This document shows, piece by piece, positions 51,895-57,054 of a DNA stretch of 57,054 nucleotides. Every line of letters starts with the position of its first letter. Within the stretch, counting starts at the first letter, position 1. The position numbers and the translations under genes are program-made. This DNA comes from a virus (Duplodnaviria > Caudoviricetes). Location of the stretch: the IMG/VR virus record IMGVR_UViG_3300046787_000098, positions 1 through 57,054 of that record. The stretch is one strand, 5' to 3'. A model generated the notes under the pieces. It made no database searches. It saw only the letters and a list, made by a program, of their open reading frames with translations, and was not told the DNA's origin.

Positions 51895-53331
51895 TTATGC
51901 GGCATAGGGGTTCTCAAGCTTACGTGACATGCCACTGTCCACGTAGTCGTCCATGTCGTAGTCGTCTCGTGGTGCTCCATCGATGTCCAGCCAGCCAGCG
52001 TCACGCAGGAACCGTAGCCCTTGGGTGCAGGCGTCCACGAAGTCGTCATGGGTTGAGTCAGGGAAGCTACAGATCTGGGACACGAAGCCCTCAGCCCAGT
52101 CCTTGACGTAGCCCTTGCGGACACTGCTCTCAGGAATCCATACGCGCCCTGCGGCGATGATGTTGGACACGATGTTCAGGCGCTGGATCTTGTCAGCACG
52201 ACCGGGGTTATACGCACGGACAGGCAGATGCCCACGGCGTAAGTCTTGGATCAAGGCGATACCTGCGGACTTGTCTTCTACGAGGATCAGGTCGACCCGC
52301 TTCTTGTCCTTGCCCTCACCGTAGACCACGTCGTACTCTTCGATCACCTTGGGGCGCAAGTCAGGATACTGTAAGCGGTCTTGCCAGCAGTCGATGATCA
52401 TGGCGGACATGGGGCCATCTAGGGGCTTGAATACACCGAACGTGATGGCGGCTGTCGGATCGTTGACAGTCTTCTCTGAGCTGGCGCAGTCGTAGCTCTG
52501 CACGATGTACTCGAACTTGGGGAAGGGCTTGTTAGGTGCCCACAGCTTGAACATCTCGCGCTTGACGATGCCCGACTCTTCTGGGTCAATGATCTCCGCA
52601 TGGATCTCCTGACGACCAATCTTAGTACCTTCGTATGCAAGGATCTGCTTTTGAAAGCTTGGCGCAAGGTTGGCTAGGTTGACGTAGGTAGATGCTGTCG
52701 TGATAGCCACGTCGTCACCTTCCCTGCCGATCAGCTCAACGATCAGGTCTTTGGGTCGTGGTGTGGTGGTGGCGATCACCTGCGTGCGACCATCAGCCTT
52801 CTTAAGACGGACGGCGAACTGAATGTTGTACCAAGCTTCGTCGAGGTAGTCCCAAGCCGCCAGCTCGTCTAGCCATGCGCCATGGTACTGGCCTCCACGG
52901 AAGCGGTCAGGCTCACTGGCTGAGATGCCTTTGATCAGGCTACCGTTGACCAGCTTGATCTCGTGCAGGGCTTTGTTGTAGTCCTCGATCAGTATCTCTG
53001 GGATGACGGCGATCAGTCCTGACTCACCTTCAAAGCATGTGCCACGGACGTCCATCGATGTGGGGGCGGACACGAGCCACCGTGTGTTGGGGTTCTCCCA
53101 CGCCCACCACCAGAGCTGTTCAGCCGCCGTACGGGTCTTGCCTGCACCACGGCCTGCCAGCATGAGCCAGATAGACCACCACTCACCTTGGGGAAGCTTT
53201 TGGTGATTGAACGCGCCTGAGAGCCATTTGATGCGTGTGGCGTAGGCGGCGCCGTGGTACGGGCCTAGACTCTTGCGAAGCTCTGAGTCTTGCAGGATGT
53301 CCAGAATGTCCTGTTCAATGACAGCGCTCAT
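51895..53331 (-). CDS. terL: Terminase large subunit
   Basis: Walker A AGRGAGKT; Walker B AWLDE; TTTPRP; nuclease QSYD...HDD.VDA. Confidence 0.95.
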   Translation of the reverse strand: MSAVIEQDILDILQDSELRKSLGPYHGAAYATRIKWLSGAFNHQKLPQGEWWSIWLMLAGRGAGKTRTAAEQLWWWAWENPNTRWLVSAPTSMDVRGTCFEGESGLIAVIPEILIEDYNKALHEIKLVNGSLIKGISASEPDRFRGGQYHGAWLDELAAWDYLDEAWYNIQFAVRLKKADGRTQVIATTTPRPKDLIVELIGREGDDVAITTASTYVNLANLAPSFQKQILAYEGTKIGRQEIHAEIIDPEESGIVKREMFKLWAPNKPFPKFEYIVQSYDCASSEKTVNDPTAAITFGVFKPLDGPMSAMIIDCWQDRLQYPDLRPKVIEEYDVVYGEGKDKKRVDLILVEDKSAGIALIQDLRRGHLPVRAYNPGRADKIQRLNIVSNIIAAGRVWIPESSVRKGYVKDWAEGFVSQICSFPDSTHDDFVDACTQGLRFLRDAGWLDIDGAPRDDYDMDDYVDSGMSRKLENPYAA

Positions 53332-53885
53332 TCGGCTATCCGAATCAACTCTAGGCGCTTGACCGCCACATCCATCATATCACGCACGTTCACATCGATG
53401 ACCGTGAGGTCTTGGGCTTCCTCAGCCTGCTTCTGCTCACCGTACTTCTTGGGCGCCATGCGTGCGGCTGTCCACTTGCGGGTGTCGACCCGAAGCTTCA
53501 TCCAAGCCACGTAGGAGGAGTCGAACTTGACCTCGACCAGCTCACCCTTGTTGTTGGTGATGTGGCTCAGCTCAGGCGGCTGGTCAACAATGTCGATCAA
53601 TTCATCGAACTGCGTCTCAGCCTGAATCTCACGTGCGCGTGTGTATTGTTGCAAAAAGTCAGGCTTGGTAGTCAACCAACCCATCACACTTCGCAAGCTT
53701 GGCATATCCTCATCCAAGCATATCTTGCGCAGGCTTTCACCTAATCCTAACCTCGTGCATATATCGTTAGCTAACTCATCCGTGTAAATGGATGGTCGAC
53801 CCATCTTTGTCACTTCTTTCGTTTGCGGCTCACCTGTCACATCGGCGACTTTATCGCTGGGAAGACTCTTTGGTTTCTTTGCCAT
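53328..53885 (-). CDS. terS: Terminase small subunit (Sf6 gp1-like)
   Basis: GRPSIYT.ELA..IC..L..GESL..IC....MP...V..W; KL.VDTRKW.A..M.PKKYG. Confidence 0.9.
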   Translation of the reverse strand: MAKKPKSLPSDKVADVTGEPQTKEVTKMGRPSIYTDELANDICTRLGLGESLRKICLDEDMPSLRSVMGWLTTKPDFLQQYTRAREIQAETQFDELIDIVDQPPELSHITNNKGELVEVKFDSSYVAWMKLRVDTRKWTAARMAPKKYGEQKQAEEAQDLTVIDVNVRDMMDVAVKRLELIRIAE

Positions 53886-53897
53886 TGCTGGACTCCT

Positions 53898-53912
53898 TTA
53901 ACGTGAAGTTTA
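53898..53912. promoter_or_regulatory. TTAAC-N5-GTTAA-like operator abutting the terS RBS
   Basis: TTAACgtgaaGTTTA (1 mismatch). Confidence 0.45.
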
Positions 53913-53940
53913 ACGGATGTTTCGCTTTACGTGCAACGGT

Positions 53941-54153
53941 CTAGTCTTTCAACCCTCTCATGATCCTTCGATCCATGTCTTTGATGATGAGTCTCTGCTC
54001 TTTGTTTTGTGCTTCTAGTTTTGCGGCTTTTGCTGTAGCGTGCTTCAGTTTGGACTCTAGCTCTTGAACCTTTGTTTGTAGCTCTGTGATGGCTTTGTTT
54101 GCCAACTCAGGGTTTTCGGCGATCCACTCTGGCGCCCAGATCTCCTCTGTCAT
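53941..54153 (-). CDS. Coiled-coil hypothetical protein
   Basis: 70-aa coupled ORF. Confidence 0.7.
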   Translation of the reverse strand: MTEEIWAPEWIAENPELANKAITELQTKVQELESKLKHATAKAAKLEAQNKEQRLIIKDMDRRIMRGLKD

Positions 54154-54506
54154 CGCTTCATTCCTCGGATAAATGCACTGATGCTGGCTCCTGTGTCTCC
54201 AAATGGCATCTTGTCGAACTCTTTGGCTACTTCTTCGAGCACTTCGTTACGGTCTACAGGCATGACGTATTCACGCTTGGGGAAGGCTTCACGGTAGTTC
54301 ATGTATTTGTGTTCTTTGTCCATGGCTTTCCTTAACATTGATATGCGTTTCAATCCAGCCTCTATTGCTTCTGGCTTTTCTAACTGGGTTTTGCTGTACA
54401 CAAAAGGGCTGGCAATCTTCTCTTCCCTCGTGGTTTTGCGGGTTGCCACGTTGGGGCAGTTCCTGCCTTGGTGGCAGTGGTTATTGCAGGGTGGGCAATC
54501 AGCCAT
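54150..54506 (-). CDS. Hypothetical protein
   Basis: Start MADCPPCNNHCHQGRNCP; C-terminal RNEVLEEVA...FGDT..S...FIRGMK. Confidence 0.7.
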   Translation of the reverse strand: MADCPPCNNHCHQGRNCPNVATRKTTREEKIASPFVYSKTQLEKPEAIEAGLKRISMLRKAMDKEHKYMNYREAFPKREYVMPVDRNEVLEEVAKEFDKMPFGDTGASISAFIRGMKR

Positions 54507-54879
54507 TGTTCTTCTCCTTAATGCCGTGTGCGGCTTCGATGGCTCGGGCAAATGTATATAGCCGTGTGCCATAGGCGTTAACATCTTCAAGGATTGCGCC
54601 TATTTCCTCTTCACTTAGCGGCTTGCGCTGTGGTGGATGCGGTGCATATTCCCACCCAACAACTTCAATACCGCCATCAGCAAGCCGTTTGATAATGCTT
54701 ACGCTGTTTCCATCCGGCCCCCAATCCACGCCCCATTCCACCTGCTCCTGCTCTGGCTGTGCCAAGGCTTCTTTGATGGCGTTAATCTGGAAATTAAATT
54801 CACCTTCAAATATAGAATCCACATGGTTCATGAATTCAAATTTCTCCAGCGCCAGCTTCAATGCTTCTCGTTCGGTCAT
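54499..54879 (-). CDS. Hypothetical protein (EALKLAL...KPL..EEI...FARAIEAAHGI family)
   Basis: Start MTEREAL with ATGA coupling. Confidence 0.7.
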   Translation of the reverse strand: MTEREALKLALEKFEFMNHVDSIFEGEFNFQINAIKEALAQPEQEQVEWGVDWGPDGNSVSIIKRLADGGIEVVGWEYAPHPPQRKPLSEEEIGAILEDVNAYGTRLYTFARAIEAAHGIKEKNNG

Positions 54880-55007
54880 AGCCACCCCAATCCCTTGCAA
54901 GCGGCCACGATCAAGATGATGCAACCAATGGTCTGGCCGTACCACCACTTCACATGAGGAGCCACCCAGATCGTGCCCAACATCACCAGCAGTTGTGCTT
55001 CAGTCAT
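54876..55007 (-). CDS. 43-aa membrane peptide (not in ORF track)
   Basis: MTEAQLLVMLGTIWVAPHVKWWYGQTIGCIILIVAACKGLGWL; ATGA overlaps at both ends. Confidence 0.65.
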   Translation of the reverse strand: MTEAQLLVMLGTIWVAPHVKWWYGQTIGCIILIVAACKGLGWL

Positions 55008-55282
55008 TGCCGTGGCTCCCGCTTCATGTTGGTCAGCTCAAGGAACTCTTCCTCGGTCAAAGGCTTTGCGCCCTCCATGATGCTTCCGTCAGCGACCATC
55101 TGGTGGATGTCAGCCACCATCTCGGCAAGCTCCTCCTGAGTCCCTTCAAAGCCGTCGAAGCACCCCTCGGCGAAGACCACCTTCAGCTTGGGAGGCTCGT
55201 CCCTGCCGAAGATGGCGTCCCATCGGTTCTCCCACTCTTGTTGCGTCAAATCTGACGGCCTGCGTCCGCTACCTTTGCTCAT
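55004..55282 (-). CDS. Hypothetical protein
   Basis: MSKGS.RRP...WDAIF fused to KVVFAEGCFD.FEGTQEEL. Confidence 0.7.
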   Translation of the reverse strand: MSKGSGRRPSDLTQQEWENRWDAIFGRDEPPKLKVVFAEGCFDGFEGTQEELAEMVADIHQMVADGSIMEGAKPLTEEEFLELTNMKREPRQ

Positions 55283-55560
55283 GAGTTTCCCTTTAAGGCG
55301 GCATCAATTTCCATTGCTTTTTGCAAAACAATCTCAAGCGATGAACCGTTTACTTTGTGAAAGCCAATTGGGGTCTCTGGATACCATTGCAACTCCCAAA
55401 GCTCATCCGTATCCACGCACTTTTGGTAGTCCTCTAGCGAAACAAAGTCGTCCTTGCTCATGTTCATGTACTCTTCGACATGCTCTTCTACGGTCTCGTA
55501 ATAATCTTTATGTTGGTTGTGCGTCAAATACAACCCTGCTTTGTGGCTAGGTAGCTTCAT
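55279..55560 (-). CDS. Hypothetical protein
   Basis: P.HK..L.LTHN.HKD.Y...WELQWYP.TPIGF. Confidence 0.7.
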   Translation of the reverse strand: MKLPSHKAGLYLTHNQHKDYYETVEEHVEEYMNMSKDDFVSLEDYQKCVDTDELWELQWYPETPIGFHKVNGSSLEIVLQKAMEIDAALKGNS

Positions 55561-55787
55561 TTTGGCTTTCCTTCTGGTCTTGGACAATCTTTTGGCGGGG
55601 TCACCACGCACCAAATGGCTTTGTACTGCTTACGTGGTGCGGCTTCCCATCGGTCTATGTAGGCGTCAGGCATAGCTTTGAGTACCTTCCTGACGTTGCT
55701 TTCTGGTCTAGCCAGCAGTGCGGAGATCTCCTCCAAGGTCATGCCATCAGGCACACCACGTAAGGCGACACGCACACTAGCGATCAT
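55557..55787 (-). CDS. Small HTH-like protein
   Basis: PDGMT..EI........VR..L..MPD.YIDRW. Confidence 0.65.
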   Translation of the reverse strand: MIASVRVALRGVPDGMTLEEISALLARPESNVRKVLKAMPDAYIDRWEAAPRKQYKAIWCVVTPPKDCPRPEGKPK

Positions 55788-55990
55788 TGAGAGCCTGAGC
55801 CCCTTACCTGTCGGTTTTGAAGCAGGTTTTTCTTTGCGGACTTCCTCGTCCAGCACCCTGCGCACATCCATCGAGATCCCATGTCGATCCCTCCCTCTGG
55901 TGGCTTCTCCTGCTGGCATTTGCCACATAGTTTGAATTGGTGACATGGTTGTTTGGTTCCGATCTGTAATTGTTGTTCAGCAAAGCTCAT
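55784..55990 (-). CDS. Small Zn-finger protein
   Basis: CGKC...KPPEGG.....W.CAGC. Confidence 0.65.
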   Translation of the reverse strand: MSFAEQQLQIGTKQPCHQFKLCGKCQQEKPPEGGIDMGSRWMCAGCWTRKSAKKNLLQNRQVRGSGSQ

Positions 55991-56166
55991 GCGGGGGTCT
56001 TTTCAGGCTTTTGAGCCGTTTTCTGGTCTCGTTGAGGGTCAAGGTGCTTGAGAAGCTGTTCGAGGCTCAGAGAGCCTGTTTTCTCAAGTCGTTCAATTTC
56101 GGTCAAAACGCAGTCAACTCCTGCGTTGAATCCTTTGATGTAGTCGCTCATTTTGGTCTCGCTCAT
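55987..56166 (-). CDS. Hypothetical protein
   Basis: Start MSETK; DYIKGFNAG. Confidence 0.6.
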   Translation of the reverse strand: MSETKMSDYIKGFNAGVDCVLTEIERLEKTGSLSLEQLLKHLDPQRDQKTAQKPEKTPA

Positions 56167-56318
56167 AAAACTTCGTGGATGTCTTCGCACCATACTTCGC
56201 GCACGTCAAATGGAATCTTTTCCAACATGATGTCAATTGCGCTGTCAGGGCTATCAGCCTCTACGTCAATGACGGAGGTGTGTCCTTTTACGGTTTTGAG
56301 TGAAACTTTGTAGATCAT
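56163..56318 (-). CDS. 51-aa hypothetical protein (not in ORF track)
   Basis: MIYKVSLKTVKGHTSVIDVEADSPDSAIDIML...; ATGA overlaps at both ends. Confidence 0.65.
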   Translation of the reverse strand: MIYKVSLKTVKGHTSVIDVEADSPDSAIDIMLEKIPFDVREVWCEDIHEVL

Positions 56319-56506
56319 GCTGTCACCTTTTGGAAAAGAACAGCTTGCAAGTTGATCAGAAGCTCTTCAGCTTCGGCGCGTGTCATGGGGACGCTCATCA
56401 TTGCACGGCGACCTTGCAGGGACAGCCACACGCCGTCGTCGTATTGGTCAACGCTGATGCGCACCTCTGCCTCTGTGGTGAATGAGGTTTCGATTGGGTT
56501 TGTCAT
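56315..56506 (-). CDS. Hypothetical early protein
   Basis: Start MTNPIET with GAAGGA RBS, downstream of the promoter at 56546-56575. Confidence 0.7.
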   Translation of the reverse strand: MTNPIETSFTTEAEVRISVDQYDDGVWLSLQGRRAMMSVPMTRAEAEELLINLQAVLFQKVTA

Positions 56507-56545
56507 TTTGGTTCCTTCAAGTAAACGCCTGATTGGCGTGATTGC

Positions 56546-56580
56546 ATTGTAACACGAAATTAAAAAGGGGCACAAGCCCC
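56546..56580 (-). promoter_or_regulatory. Terminator hairpin overlapping an extended -10 promoter and a degenerate operator
   Basis: GGGGC-TTGT-GCCCC-TTTTT (56562-56580); TTGTGC-18 bp-(TGn)TACAAT; GTAACacgaaATTAA at 56549-56563. Confidence 0.6.
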
Positions 56581-56585
56581 ATCTT

Positions 56586-56900
56586 TTAATCTGCCCGAGA
56601 TCCAGCGAATGCTTGGATGCCATGCTTGCGCAGGACTTCTGCGAATGCGTAGGCGCCAGCTTCTTTGATGTCCATGGACTGCGTGGGGTTGCCAGCAGGA
56701 TTCCAGATAGACCAGCCCTTTTGCCAGTGCTTGCGACCGACGTTGTTTTTCTTGCACCAGTTCACGAAGGGAACACGGGCGCTTGGCAGGTCAACCCAAG
56801 CAAAGCCACAGTACATTGGCTCGCCATGCTTTTCCATGTAGGCGGCTTCAGCGGCTTTAGCGGCGGAGAGGGCTTCTGTGTAGATGTTGTCGAAGTTCAT
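56586..56900 (-). CDS. Conserved hypothetical phage protein
   Basis: CGFAWV...F..W.K....G...QSM..KEA.A.AFA.VL...GI.A....R.D. Confidence 0.8.
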   Translation of the reverse strand: MNFDNIYTEALSAAKAAEAAYMEKHGEPMYCGFAWVDLPSARVPFVNWCKKNNVGRKHWQKGWSIWNPAGNPTQSMDIKEAGAYAFAEVLRKHGIQAFAGSRAD

Positions 56901-57054
56901 GATGGTCTTTCAAGTAAATGCCCCGAAGGGCGGGAATTAGTTTGACAAAGCCTTTGTTTCGGCGGCGAGGATGTTGTAGGTAACCTTGGTGTGCTTAGCG
57001 ATCAGCTCAGCAGGGGCGCTTAGCTCTTTGGCAACAGCAGACCATGAGGTGCTT
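56806..57054. repeat. Right copy of 249-bp direct terminal repeat
   Basis: Matches 1-249 with one mismatch. Confidence 0.97.

Noticed and set aside
8758-53885. Numerous plus-strand ORFs across the structural block (e.g. 13709-14194, 38036-38776, 23249-23758)
   Set aside because: They are antisense shadows of well-supported minus-strand genes, with no RBS or motifs.
1-57054. Stop-codon recoding, introns or inteins in core genes
   Set aside because: terL, portal and MCP are intact and of normal length under the standard code, and coding density is high.

Overview
The window is an apparently complete, circularly closed tailed-phage genome. Positions 1-249 recur at 56806-57054 with one mismatch, giving a unit length of about 56,805 bp. 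A divergent control region lies at about 3.6-4.4 kb. Its leftward (-) arm carries a Cro/YdaS-like HTH protein, a DUF1376/YdaU-type initiator with an internal origin-like repeat, RusA and an HNH-like nuclease. It then runs across the junction through many small early genes into terS/terL. Its rightward (+) arm carries an RNAP alpha-CTD fusion, an SSB-like protein and a PD-(D/E)xK exonuclease. The long (-) morphogenesis block holds two large cargo-like proteins, portal, GroES, scaffold, a Mu-gpT-type capsid, adaptors, LamG/SPRY fibres, a lysis cassette with a GH108 endolysin, a nozzle and ejection proteins, which suggests a podovirus-like virion. I found no integrase, CI repressor, DNA polymerase, tRNA, CRISPR or reverse transcriptase. 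The strongest signals are: (1) a promoter-driven array of five structured RNA modules (A-B-A-B-A; conserved closing stems with covariation, variable folded interiors) sitting where a CI gene would be; (2) a [FYMLK]-[KA]-x-G-G motif shared by at least seven virion-region proteins that punctuates them like a processing or packaging tag; (3) a phage alpha-CTD fusion; (4) a TTAAC-N5-GTTAA operator at five promoter or leader sites. All protein family calls come from motif recognition by eye, not from database searches.
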